From a virus (lineage: Duplodnaviria; Caudoviricetes), in IMG/VR virus record IMGVR_UViG_3300027639_000002, positions 1-30,494 of that record: a stretch of 30,494 nucleotides of DNA. One strand, 5' to 3'. The notes below the pieces were generated by a model, which saw only the letters and a program-made list of their open reading frames with translations, did no database searches and was not told the origin of the DNA. Shown piece after piece: positions 7,405-16,606 of the stretch. The translations under genes were made by a program, and so were the position numbers. Position 1 is the first letter of the stretch. Each line of letters starts with the position of its first letter.

Positions 7405-7437
7405 GGGGTCTCACTATAGCGGGTGTTTTTCCCGCGA
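7405..7437 (-). promoter_or_regulatory. Conserved 33-bp phage promoter motif P4
   Basis: TCGCGG-GAAAAA-CA-CCCGC-TATAGT-GAGACCCC, 2 nt after the holin stop. Confidence 0.8.
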
Positions 7438-7439
7438 CC

Positions 7440-8105
7440 CTAAGAAGACGGTGGTACTACCTTCAGAACCAATTCGTTCTTGGTTTCGAGTGATCTTGGA
7501 TTGATGTCGCGCAGACGAAGCTGAGAACCGGATTCGCCCGGTTCAACGGAAATCACGCCGTCGTATTGTTTGGGCTGTTCCAGTTGTCCAGCGTTGTACG
7601 TCTTGGTGGAGATACCCAGAAGCGTACCCAGCAGTGTGTCAATCACAGCAATTGTCCCCATGACCTCAGGAACGTTGGGGAAATGCCAGATCTGCGCCAG
7701 ACCGAAGTATGCTGCCGACAGAGCCGGCAGAAGAACAAGCGCGACAAATTTCAGCTTGTTGTAAACCGCATTGGTGAATAACACTCTCTTTGGACCTTTC
7801 TTATCGTTTTTAGGTCTCTGCATCCTCCACATTCTCAGGGCCATCGAGAGATTGGCCGCGGCAATCAGCGACATTTCAATAATACTTATCCAGTATCTGA
7901 TTTTGATATCCGGCCGGAGCAGTATAAAGAACACCGAAATATCTATGGCGAAAGCAAGCGCTGCCGCCTGATACATGAATAAGCGCCCGAGTAATCGCGA
8001 ACGCCACGGTGAGGATGCATATATGATTGGAACCGCGTTGACGCATATAGCGGTGAGGATCGCTACGACTACAACGACGGATCTCAGGAAGGTAATGTCG
8101 TTCAT
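7440..8105 (-). CDS. Holin (Dp-1-like domain in C-terminal half) fused to an N-terminal 3-TM membrane domain
   Basis: C-half NAVYNKLKFVALVLLPALSAAYFGLAQIW...GTIAVIDTLLGTLLGISTKTY resembles Dp-1-family holins; N-half has three hydrophobic helices. Confidence 0.75.
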   Translation of the reverse strand: MNDITFLRSVVVVVAILTAICVNAVPIIYASSPWRSRLLGRLFMYQAAALAFAIDISVFFILLRPDIKIRYWISIIEMSLIAAANLSMALRMWRMQRPKNDKKGPKRVLFTNAVYNKLKFVALVLLPALSAAYFGLAQIWHFPNVPEVMGTIAVIDTLLGTLLGISTKTYNAGQLEQPKQYDGVISVEPGESGSQLRLRDINPRSLETKNELVLKVVPPSS

Positions 8106-8296
8106 CCTGTGATCCCTCCGCGAATGATGTGCTCTAATTGCTCGGCGAAGTGGTTGCGCTCTTGAAGTTTCTTATGTGCCTTGACGACCGCGTTTACTTC
8201 TCCAGAACGCTGTTCGGTGTCATGTAACTTCTGCTCAGCATCTTCAAGAGCCAGCTTAGCCTCTTCGCCGGACTTATTTTCCCTTCGAAACCACAT
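8102..8296 (-). CDS. Lysis-cluster coiled-coil protein (64 aa, MWFRRENK...RNHFAE)
   Basis: Start moved to ATG 8296 with GGGAGG RBS; ATGA overlap with the holin. Confidence 0.7.
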   Translation of the reverse strand: MWFRRENKSGEEAKLALEDAEQKLHDTEQRSGEVNAVVKAHKKLQERNHFAEQLEHIIRGGITG

Positions 8297-8579
8297 GGGT
8301 TCCTCCCGGCTGCCTTGCTCGTTCAGCCACTTCGACGAGAGCAACCAGGAGATTATGATCAGTCTTGGCAAACTCCAGAAGCTCGGTCGTTTGGCTATCC
8401 GAGAGCTGTCTAGCAGCTTCAGCTTTCTCGTAGGCCTGCCGCCATTTATCAGCTTCTTCCTTTTTTTCCTGGTACGCAGCATTCGTCCAAAGACGTCCAG
8501 TGAAGAGCATCAAAATGAGCAAGCCTAAAAGGGCAGACGGAGTCAGAACGCCGATTGGTATACCGACTATCTCCGTCAC
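8274..8579 (-). CDS. Lysis-cluster single-TM plus coiled-coil protein (101 aa)
   Basis: GTG 8579 overlaps the upstream TAG; AAGGAG RBS; SALLGLLILMLFTGRLW followed by a charged helix. Confidence 0.75.
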   Translation of the reverse strand: MTEIVGIPIGVLTPSALLGLLILMLFTGRLWTNAAYQEKKEEADKWRQAYEKAEAARQLSDSQTTELLEFAKTDHNLLVALVEVAERARQPGGTHVVSKGK

Positions 8580-9304
8580 TAGATCGTCTCCTTCCACACG
8601 CCTAATGTTTTAACATAAGGACGTGCAAGTTTCCAAACCCCAGCGTGTCTTACGTACGGAACCGCGATCTTCCACGTTGCTCCATCCTTGTACCGGACGC
8701 CGGCAATTGTCTGTTGCAACACCGGTCCAGAATATGCACCCCAACCAACCGAGTTATGCGCTCGCACCCAGAAATAATAGTTCGTACCTGGCGTTAATCC
8801 GGTAACTGTTTTGGGCGACGTAGTGGAGGTGACGAAAGAGGTCGGCGCCGTGTTTGTCAAAGCGTAACCAACCTCGTAGTTGTCAATAGAAGCCCCACCG
8901 TTACCGTTGGGAGTCCAGTTGACATCGATTGTGGTGGGTTTGACATTGGTGAAGGATGGGTTACTTGGAGGGTCGGGAACCGTGGCTCTCTGAATCCACT
9001 GCGTGAAGTTGGTAGGTCCACCAAACCCACTAGTTCCCGTGGCGCCCAAATGGAACGTCACGTTCTGTGAATATGTGATGTTCCAAACACCCAGCTGTTG
9101 CCAACCAGCACCAGCATTGTAATCGAACTCTTGCCAACCCTGAAACGAACCGTCGATTGTTGCTGCCCAAGGAAGTTCGTGATCGAAGGTTGTACCGTTG
9201 TTTGAGTTGATCCAGAATTCGATAGTTCCAGAAGAAGCTCCCGGAGCATTGTCGCTGATCAACATCGTCCCGGAGCTACCAGTACTCCTCGTATACTCCG
9301 TCAC
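8579..9304 (-). CDS. Minor tail protein with fibronectin type III domain
   Basis: PDPPSNP...IDVNWTP...YEVGY...VTGLTPGTNYYFWVRAHNSVGWGAYS is an FN3 signature. Confidence 0.85.
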   Translation of the reverse strand: MTEYTRSTGSSGTMLISDNAPGASSGTIEFWINSNNGTTFDHELPWAATIDGSFQGWQEFDYNAGAGWQQLGVWNITYSQNVTFHLGATGTSGFGGPTNFTQWIQRATVPDPPSNPSFTNVKPTTIDVNWTPNGNGGASIDNYEVGYALTNTAPTSFVTSTTSPKTVTGLTPGTNYYFWVRAHNSVGWGAYSGPVLQQTIAGVRYKDGATWKIAVPYVRHAGVWKLARPYVKTLGVWKETI

Positions 9305-9312
9305 TGTAGCTC

Positions 9313-9546
9313 CTAAGAAATGATCTTGAAGTAGATATCCCCGTCTGCACCACCGGTTGGATCTGCAGTACCCGAAGATATGCCGGCCGCGGTACGATAA
9401 CCGGACTTACCCACCGGGATCAACGCTTTGGTTTGTGCGATGTAATCACGACTTCGGTTGATTTCGGTGTCGCCATCCTTAACCAAATCAACACCGCCGT
9501 TCAGAATAGCGAATCCGGCAGCAACCGCATCGTCTCCGACAGCCAT
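9313..9546 (-). CDS. Small minor tail protein (77 aa, MAVGDDAVAAG...)
   Basis: Start moved to ATG 9546 (AGGAG RBS); C-terminal GTADPTGGADGDIYFK fibre-type motif. Confidence 0.7.
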   Translation of the reverse strand: MAVGDDAVAAGFAILNGGVDLVKDGDTEINRSRDYIAQTKALIPVGKSGYRTAAGISSGTADPTGGADGDIYFKIIS

Positions 9547-9554
9547 GACTTCTC

Positions 9555-10736
9555 CTATGTAGTTGCCGAATCCCAAACAAGGGTCGGAGAAACTGCGTCC
9601 CAGACTTGACCAGCCGGCCAAGCATTCCATGAACCTGGCGTAACGAAAGCGTTCACCACAAGTGTAGGATAAGAACGATCTCCTTCTCTGTCCGAGATAA
9701 ATATCTGCTCAGTTACCTGCATAATGCTGCTAACACCTTCGGTGTTCTTATACTCGAGAAGATCGCCTAGGTGATAGTCAGTTCCGTATACGTACTTACT
9801 ATTTTGGTTAAGCTCACCATCGAACGCAGAGAAACGCCGATTCTTGGCTAGCTCTTCCTTGCCTCGCTGGATCATCTTGGCTGAAGCGGTTGCAGGTACT
9901 CCGTCCGTAATATCATCAGCCACCACGATAAGGATATTTCGCTCAAACCCGGCAATCGTTGGATCGACATCTTCGGCAAGGACGATTTCGCTGCCCACCG
10001 GGGAGAACACATAGGCCACATTCTTATAGAGGGCTATGGACGTAAGCTCTGTGGTGTTTGATAGGTTGTCCAACCCCTCGCTGAATACCACCGCGGGAAG
10101 TGTTGTCTGTTGTGTAGTACGATCACTTCCCATGTAAATATCCCAATACAAAACTGCTGTGTCAGGATGGCGAACCAGACGGAAGCCCATCAGATAGTAG
10201 TCACAAATATCCTTGATGGCCTTATATAACGTGACCGGATCGATCGCGTAAGTGATTGTGTCTGTTGGTTCTGGCGTAGTGTCTGCGGGAAAAAGCGGCA
10301 TTCTAGCCTCGACGATACCGGGAATGATATCGTACGTTGTAAGAAGACCGTCCACACAAATATCATTGAACAGCTGCCGAGCAATGTCTGCCGGTTGATC
10401 AGTAATCGTCCATTTGGGTGTTGTGGTCAAGTCGCCCATGGTGCTTCGAGCAACCCGGTTCTCTAGAATGGCTTCCAGCGATCGCCCTCGTACTATCAGA
10501 ACGTCGCGGCCTTCATTGTCGGTGGTGTCCTCGACAGTCTCTATCACCATCACACGATAGGACTTGACGATGACGAGCCGAAGGCCGGCCAGAAGGCGAC
10601 TCCGGTTGTCGTGAGTTGAGTGGAGTTTCAACTCAAAGTCGCCGTAAGCCGAGAACCGCTCAGTCCAGATGAGTGATTCGTATCTATCGATGACGCCCAC
10701 ACGACGATAGAGACTGTCGAGGATGTACACCTCCAT
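9555..10736 (-). CDS. Siphovirus ReqiPepy6 Gp37-like tail tip/hub protein
   Basis: Position after Dit; VIDRYESLIWTERFSAYGDFEL and YVYGTDYHLGD motifs. Confidence 0.8.
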   Translation of the reverse strand: MEVYILDSLYRRVGVIDRYESLIWTERFSAYGDFELKLHSTHDNRSRLLAGLRLVIVKSYRVMVIETVEDTTDNEGRDVLIVRGRSLEAILENRVARSTMGDLTTTPKWTITDQPADIARQLFNDICVDGLLTTYDIIPGIVEARMPLFPADTTPEPTDTITYAIDPVTLYKAIKDICDYYLMGFRLVRHPDTAVLYWDIYMGSDRTTQQTTLPAVVFSEGLDNLSNTTELTSIALYKNVAYVFSPVGSEIVLAEDVDPTIAGFERNILIVVADDITDGVPATASAKMIQRGKEELAKNRRFSAFDGELNQNSKYVYGTDYHLGDLLEYKNTEGVSSIMQVTEQIFISDREGDRSYPTLVVNAFVTPGSWNAWPAGQVWDAVSPTLVWDSATT

Positions 10737-11557
10737 TACAGACCTCCGTACCGATTGGTAAATTGGTAGGTGAATGGAATCGCTGCGCCCGTGGCGTAGA
10801 ACCGGAAATAGTTAGCTCCAGGTTGTAAAGCAAACCATGACGACTGCGACGACATGCCATACAAGAGCGAACTCTGAACGCCCGATCTTGTAAGAGTGAT
10901 GCCTTTTTGACCGACGTTCGTATCGATCACCAAGGTATCTAGATCAAGCAATGTAGCGGTGAATTCGAGCGACTTGATTGTGTTGTCTGGTAGACGGTGA
11001 TAGATAACGAAATCACTTTCAGAGCGATTCAAATTCAGTGTGAACTTGATGCCCGTCTCTACCGTTCCATCATAGTCAATCAAGAACTCGGTTGTATCCG
11101 ATACCGTATTTCCTGAACCATCAACCGGAGTCAACTCCACAAAATCCGGATCGGGACAGATGATGGATATAACTGCCTGCGGTTCCTTTGCGAAGAGTGG
11201 AGCCTCGAAAGACTCCACCCGACCATCTATCGAAACCGTAGGGCCGTCTGTATCGAAGAACCGGAGATTGACCGCAGACTTTGGCATGAACCAAGCGTAC
11301 AGACCATTCCGGAGATCCCGGACGGAAGTCGAAATATAATCCGGCTCCAGTCCGAGATACACCAGTAGATTCCGAGATTGCAGCTTGGATGACTGATATT
11401 GAACGCCATCCAAAGTGGCAAAGTCGGACGTCACAATCGTGGCTTTTACGGGATCGAGACCATCGACCCCTTCCAAGACGTAACCATCCGCAACATCATC
11501 CAGCACGAAGGTTTGAAGCGTGCCCGCTGCGTTACGCACTTCTATTTGATTAAGCAT
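10736..11557 (-). CDS. Distal tail protein (Dit)
   Basis: Directly follows the tape measure; DGVQYQSS...RNL, ICPDPDF and WFALQPGANYFRF motifs. Confidence 0.8.
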   Translation of the reverse strand: MLNQIEVRNAAGTLQTFVLDDVADGYVLEGVDGLDPVKATIVTSDFATLDGVQYQSSKLQSRNLLVYLGLEPDYISTSVRDLRNGLYAWFMPKSAVNLRFFDTDGPTVSIDGRVESFEAPLFAKEPQAVISIICPDPDFVELTPVDGSGNTVSDTTEFLIDYDGTVETGIKFTLNLNRSESDFVIYHRLPDNTIKSLEFTATLLDLDTLVIDTNVGQKGITLTRSGVQSSLLYGMSSQSSWFALQPGANYFRFYATGAAIPFTYQFTNRYGGL

Positions 11558-14500
11558 TGGGCGCTACCGCCTCCTTCGCTCGGGATAGTAGGTTCTTCGA
11601 CTGACGATACAATTCCGCCTCAGACAAAGCCTTTGGCGAGGTGTTGTACTGGTTAAAGGTGACGCCTCCGCCGCGGCCATCATCGTCATCATCCGGATCT
11701 GATGTCGGCTTCCTATTCTCATCAAACCCTCTAGAAACGATCTTAGCCTTCGCATATGCCGAATCGAAGGATATGGTAGGAGCAGTCAACAGATTCCCAA
11801 TCTGAGACGCATCCTTGCGGATAGCAGTCAAATCGAGAACCGGTGCGATGACAGGATTGATCTCCATCGGACCAGATATGATCTTGGACAAACCACTAAG
11901 CGACCCCTGAAGGGAATCGATAGCGGTTGATCCAACTTCCTCCGCCGCTCTAGAGACCACCTTGGCGTACCGACTGATACCAAGTGCCGCACCCTCATCG
12001 AACATCTGACCCATCCAGAACGTTTCCTTGGACGGAGACTTGATTCCCAGGAAATCCAGCGCAGCATCGAGAGCATTCTTAGCCACCCTCTTGGCAGCTT
12101 TCGTAACCTCGCTTGCTCCACTTAGTAAACCCTTTGCCATACCTTCAATCATAGCAGATGCCAGATTCCCGCCAGCCCTACCAAGCTCATCCGAGTTGTT
12201 TCGAATGGCATCAGCTAGACTATTGATGAATTTGATGATGAACTCGACACCGGCCTGAATTACCTTAGGTAGACCATCACCTAGGCCCTTGATGAACTGC
12301 GCAACTATCTGAAGAGCCACATCCACAACTTGGCGAATGTTGTTTCGAATAGCCGTCAAGACACCAACGAGAATATTATAGCCAGCCTCAGCTAATTTCG
12401 GAACCGCTTCCACGAGAACGTTGATAAGCAAATCAACCAGTACGAGTATTGCTTCTTCAAGCTTTGGCGCTATGTCGATTATCGCTTGGAGAAGAGCAAG
12501 AAGTACTGTCGTGATTGCTTTGAGTATCGCAGGACCCGCATTGGCGATAACGCCGGCGATGGCTATCAGGCCCAAACCGATTTGTTCAGCCAGAGTTGGA
12601 ATCAGACCGATCAAACCAGCAACTATGGCGATGATCGTAGCCGTCAATGCAGCGCCAGATATACTAAGCGCCGCAACAGCTACTGAGAACGCTAGAATAC
12701 CCACACCCGCGGCGGCAAGGCCAACGCCAATCAAAGCGATGGCAATGCCAAGTCCCAGAAGGGTTGGGACAACTGGTGTTAGAACCGCACCAGCTACGCC
12801 TAGAACAAGGAATATACCGGCCAAGGTAAGAAGACCCTTGCCAATCTCGCCCCAAGACATTTGCCCAAACATCTGAATGATAGGTGCCAATATAGCCAGA
12901 GAGCCAGCCACAATAAGCAATGCAGCTGCGCCTGGAAGAGCGCTTGTCATGAAATTCATAGCGAGGGTGATGATTCCAAGAGCTCCCGCTAGCGTCACAA
13001 GACTCTTAGCAATAGATTCCCATGATTGAGAACCCATCTTGGCAAGAGCGTCTGTGATCATACCCAGAGACAAAGCCACTAGCAATATCCCCGCGGCCGA
13101 CAGAGGTGCAGTCGGAGGAATCAAGGATATAGCCAGACCGATGATAGTAATAGCACCGGCTAGTGCGGTCAAACCAGCACCGATATCCGACCAAGACATT
13201 CCGCCCATTTTGACAAGAGCGTCTGCAATCATCCCAAGAGACATTGCAGTGACCAGAACCCCGGCTGCAGATATAATCGACGACGGGGGTATCAAAGCCA
13301 GAGCCGCGCCGATCAAAGCCAGCCCGCCCGCCATAGCAGTTAGGCCTTTGCCTATTTCTTCCCATGTGAGACTGGCAAAGTCAAGCATTGCGCTTGCGAG
13401 GATCTTAATACCCACCGCAAGAAGAACAATGCCAGCACCAGAGAGAAGACCGCCCTTGTCGACTGTAGCGAACTTGGTAAAGAGGGTAAGTGCGGCCAAC
13501 ACGGCGCCGACACCCACTAGACCTTTAGCAAGTTCCTCCCAGCTCAGTCCTGCCAAATCAGTAACAGCACTGACGAGAATCTTGACAGCCCCTGAAAGGA
13601 TAACCAACGCCACACTAGTAGCGATTAGATCTGGCGAGGGGGGCATCAATTTAACAGCAGCGATGAGCGCACCCAGCAAGACTGTTGTTCCGGTCAAACC
13701 TTTAGCGAGTTGCTCCCAACTGAGATCTGCCAAATCTTTGACAGCTGAGGCTAGAATCTTTACAGCCACAGCGAGCAGAATAAGTCCTGCCGTGATCAAA
13801 GGCATCTTGGCGAGGCCGGCAAAACCAGAGAACTTCTCGAACAGAAGCAAGGTCCCCAATAGCTGACCGAACATCACTGTGATTGCGGTGAGAGATCGGG
13901 TCAATCCTGCTGCGTCGACTTTAGACAGTTGAACGACAGATATGGTCAGAATGCCGATAGCAGCGGCAATTTGGAGCAATGTTGCTGCTCGCAATGTTGT
14001 CTGCATCGTCTGCATCGTGTCGGTCAACTGATCGAAGGATTCACGGATAGATCCGAAGATTCCTCCGCCACCTCCGCCAAATATGTTCTGAATCATCAAC
14101 AACAAAGTCGCGAAGAGACCAGTGTTGACAGTTTTAAGAACATCACCAAAGTCGATCTGCTTAATCAGATTCGAAATATAGGTGCCATACTCACCGAACC
14201 AGTCCGCAACTATTTGACCAACGCGAGAAGAGTCCTTCGCCACCTCATCCAAGACAGAACTAACTCTGCCCCAGACTTTGGCTATAACCTCGCCCATTTT
14301 GGTCAACGGCTCGAACTTACCGGCTAGACCCGTCAGACCCTTAACGGCAGCCTGACCGTCGAAATCCTTAAACAATCCCGACAAATATCCGGCAAGAATC
14401 TTGAGGAGGATGATTGGTACCGACAAGACATTCCCAATCACTTGGAATATCTTAGCGAAACCTTCACCATCCTTGATTGCTTGTCTTAGCGCAACAAGAA

Positions 14501-15962
14501 AATCACCGATGTTAGCAGTGATCTCGAGGAAACTGCCAGAGCCTTCCGAGGCGATTCCGAACAAACGGAATAGAGTCTTCGCTACTTCCTTGACAATATC
14601 CCATCCGATGCCGAAAACTGCAAAGACTCCGGCGAATGTCCTCCGGAGCTTATCTGCGGTTTCGGAACCGACCTTCAAACCAGCTGTGAAATCCCTAAGT
14701 ATGACTGTGATCTCATATAGCTGCTTCCCTGTGACCGCCGGGAATATCTCTCGAAATGCGTCTCGAATGGGCTTAGCAACGGATAGAAGAGCGTTGAACG
14801 CATTGCTAATCGTCTCAATCGCAGCAGCACGACCGCCGAGCGCCTTCCAATCAGAGAGTACTTTATTCCGCATGTCCGCGGTAGTCTTGACATACTCACC
14901 AATGACGTTATTAACGTCGGTGAACATGTTTCGAGCTTCTTCGAAATCACCAAATATGATCTGCCATGTCTGCGCCCAACCTGATCCTGCAGCTTCCTGC
15001 AGAGTATTGATAAGTTGAGACAGCGTCTTGACTTTGGTGGCCGCATCCTGAGCAGTTTGCCCCATCTTCAAGATGCCGGCAATTTGCTGGTCGTTGTACC
15101 CCATAGTCTTGAGCTGTGCTGCTGTCAGATCACCGGTGAACTTCGATAAAGTTTCGGTGAGGATTCCGGACGTCAACCATCCAGTTTCCAGAGAATTTCG
15201 GAAGCTCCCAGCATCCTTGATAATCGTATCAATCGCTACGCCATGAACCCGGGCAGTCTCCATCAAAGCGTCTTGGAAGACCTTACCGCCCATGCCGGCG
15301 TTAACAACTGAGTTCCAGTCGATAAGTGCGACCTTACCCGCTGCCAACGCTTGGGAAAGTTGGTACATGGCCGTAGCAGCCTGCTGCGAGTTTGATCCAG
15401 ATATAGCAGCAAGGTTAGCGATACCTTTAATCGCGTTGGTTGCCACTTCCAGTTGAACGCCGGCCGCAGTGAACGTACCAATATTCCGTGCCATCTCCGA
15501 GAAGTTATAGATGGTCTGATCGGAATATTCATTCAGGATTTGCAAAGCTTTGTTGACATCGTTCAGACCGGTGTTCTGCCATTGTGTGTTCGACAGAATA
15601 GTCTGAATCGAGTTCAGGTTTGTTTCGTATTCGTTGAGGCCGGTCTTGATGGGATCTACGGTAAGAGATTTGACCAGCGCCGTACCTGTATGAAATGCTT
15701 GTGTGGTGATGTTCGCGAGAGCGGTGATAGCAATAACCGACAACGCTTTGAATCTGTCGGCAATGGCGTTAACACCTTGCTCGATATGACCCAAATGAAC
15801 GTTTTTACTGGCCGCTCCGAGATCAGTCAGACCTTTAGTAGCGCCCTCGAGCTTGAGCCCTTTGTTGAGAGTATCGAGTGTGTGAAGAGTTGTTTGGGCG
15901 TTCTTCTCAAATTCCTTGTTGTCGAACGTCATCTGAACAACTCTAGGATCAATGCTACTCAC
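11550..15962 (-). CDS. Tape measure protein (~1470 aa)
   Basis: Longest ORF, Ala/Gly/Leu-rich with Trp-anchored repeats; start taken at GTG 15962 (GTGA overlap with the upstream stop). Confidence 0.95.
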   Translation of the reverse strand: MSSIDPRVVQMTFDNKEFEKNAQTTLHTLDTLNKGLKLEGATKGLTDLGAASKNVHLGHIEQGVNAIADRFKALSVIAITALANITTQAFHTGTALVKSLTVDPIKTGLNEYETNLNSIQTILSNTQWQNTGLNDVNKALQILNEYSDQTIYNFSEMARNIGTFTAAGVQLEVATNAIKGIANLAAISGSNSQQAATAMYQLSQALAAGKVALIDWNSVVNAGMGGKVFQDALMETARVHGVAIDTIIKDAGSFRNSLETGWLTSGILTETLSKFTGDLTAAQLKTMGYNDQQIAGILKMGQTAQDAATKVKTLSQLINTLQEAAGSGWAQTWQIIFGDFEEARNMFTDVNNVIGEYVKTTADMRNKVLSDWKALGGRAAAIETISNAFNALLSVAKPIRDAFREIFPAVTGKQLYEITVILRDFTAGLKVGSETADKLRRTFAGVFAVFGIGWDIVKEVAKTLFRLFGIASEGSGSFLEITANIGDFLVALRQAIKDGEGFAKIFQVIGNVLSVPIILLKILAGYLSGLFKDFDGQAAVKGLTGLAGKFEPLTKMGEVIAKVWGRVSSVLDEVAKDSSRVGQIVADWFGEYGTYISNLIKQIDFGDVLKTVNTGLFATLLLMIQNIFGGGGGGIFGSIRESFDQLTDTMQTMQTTLRAATLLQIAAAIGILTISVVQLSKVDAAGLTRSLTAITVMFGQLLGTLLLFEKFSGFAGLAKMPLITAGLILLAVAVKILASAVKDLADLSWEQLAKGLTGTTVLLGALIAAVKLMPPSPDLIATSVALVILSGAVKILVSAVTDLAGLSWEELAKGLVGVGAVLAALTLFTKFATVDKGGLLSGAGIVLLAVGIKILASAMLDFASLTWEEIGKGLTAMAGGLALIGAALALIPPSSIISAAGVLVTAMSLGMIADALVKMGGMSWSDIGAGLTALAGAITIIGLAISLIPPTAPLSAAGILLVALSLGMITDALAKMGSQSWESIAKSLVTLAGALGIITLAMNFMTSALPGAAALLIVAGSLAILAPIIQMFGQMSWGEIGKGLLTLAGIFLVLGVAGAVLTPVVPTLLGLGIAIALIGVGLAAAGVGILAFSVAVAALSISGAALTATIIAIVAGLIGLIPTLAEQIGLGLIAIAGVIANAGPAILKAITTVLLALLQAIIDIAPKLEEAILVLVDLLINVLVEAVPKLAEAGYNILVGVLTAIRNNIRQVVDVALQIVAQFIKGLGDGLPKVIQAGVEFIIKFINSLADAIRNNSDELGRAGGNLASAMIEGMAKGLLSGASEVTKAAKRVAKNALDAALDFLGIKSPSKETFWMGQMFDEGAALGISRYAKVVSRAAEEVGSTAIDSLQGSLSGLSKIISGPMEINPVIAPVLDLTAIRKDASQIGNLLTAPTISFDSAYAKAKIVSRGFDENRKPTSDPDDDDDGRGGGVTFNQYNTSPKALSEAELYRQSKNLLSRAKEAVAPNA

Positions 15963-16342
15963 GCTGAGGTCACCACCTTCCACACTCGGTCTGCTATTTT
16001 GTCAAATATGGGCCTGATAGCTGGATTGATATAATCCTGACCTTGTACAAAACCACCAGTACCAGTTGCGTATCCGTATTGAAGCATAATTGCCACGGGA
16101 AAACCGTTCTCAATGTCTGTGTTCATCCAGACAACCGAGTATTTGCCGTCCTTGGCGCCTACTTTATAACTCCATGAAGAAGCCACCAAACCAGTCCTCA
16201 CCGGTGTTGCCAGTGACAGAGCTGTAACTCCTAATTTTCCTGCGGAATCAAGCATCAGCATGATTTGATTATGCAGCGTCTTCATGGCTTTGAGAAAAGC
16301 CTCAGTGTGCTTGAAGGAGCCGCTAGAAGACATGGTTATCAA
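15959..16342 (-). CDS. HK97 gp10-like tail completion/neck protein
   Basis: ATPVRTG...SWSY, LQYG..TG.G and YINPAI motifs; AAGGAG RBS before TTG. Confidence 0.7.
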   Translation of the reverse strand: MITMSSSGSFKHTEAFLKAMKTLHNQIMLMLDSAGKLGVTALSLATPVRTGLVASSWSYKVGAKDGKYSVVWMNTDIENGFPVAIMLQYGYATGTGGFVQGQDYINPAIRPIFDKIADRVWKVVTSA

Positions 16343-16359
16343 AACGGCTCCTTTTGTTG

Positions 16360-16596
16360 TCAGGTAGGAGTTACGTTGGATTGATAGAGAGTGGTTTTGC
16401 GAGCGTAATCGATGGTGACGTTGTTAAGCGTGACCAGTTTGTCTAGAAACGCTTGGAACACGGCATCTCTCTGTGCTTCCGTCGCCAAGCCCGTTGGGGA
16501 TACGGAACAAACGATCGTTACGCCAGTTGGTGTATGGGTTGCAGCGAGCTCCCATTGTCTCCTAGCGCCTAGATCAACATCGGGAGAATATGGCAT
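16360..16596 (-). CDS. Hypothetical protein (78 aa, MPYSPDVD...), possible fibre chaperone
   Basis: Start moved to ATG 16596 with AAGGAG RBS; directly downstream of the fibre gene. Confidence 0.65.
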   Translation of the reverse strand: MPYSPDVDLGARRQWELAATHTPTGVTIVCSVSPTGLATEAQRDAVFQAFLDKLVTLNNVTIDYARKTTLYQSNVTPT

Positions 16597-16606
16597 CTTA
16601 CGCTCC

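Noticed and set aside
3969-7419. GGTCTCACTATAG on the plus strand resembles the T7 promoter core plus a BsaI site (synthetic DNA or single-subunit RNAP promoter)
   Set aside because: No TAATACGA part. That orientation is antisense to all genes, and the third copy varies to TATAAT, as expected of a minus-strand -10 box.
3967-7437. Repeats as a CRISPR array or integron attC array
   Set aside because: Spacing is irregular and gene-sized, the repeats are non-palindromic and promoter-like, and no cas or integrase gene is in the window.
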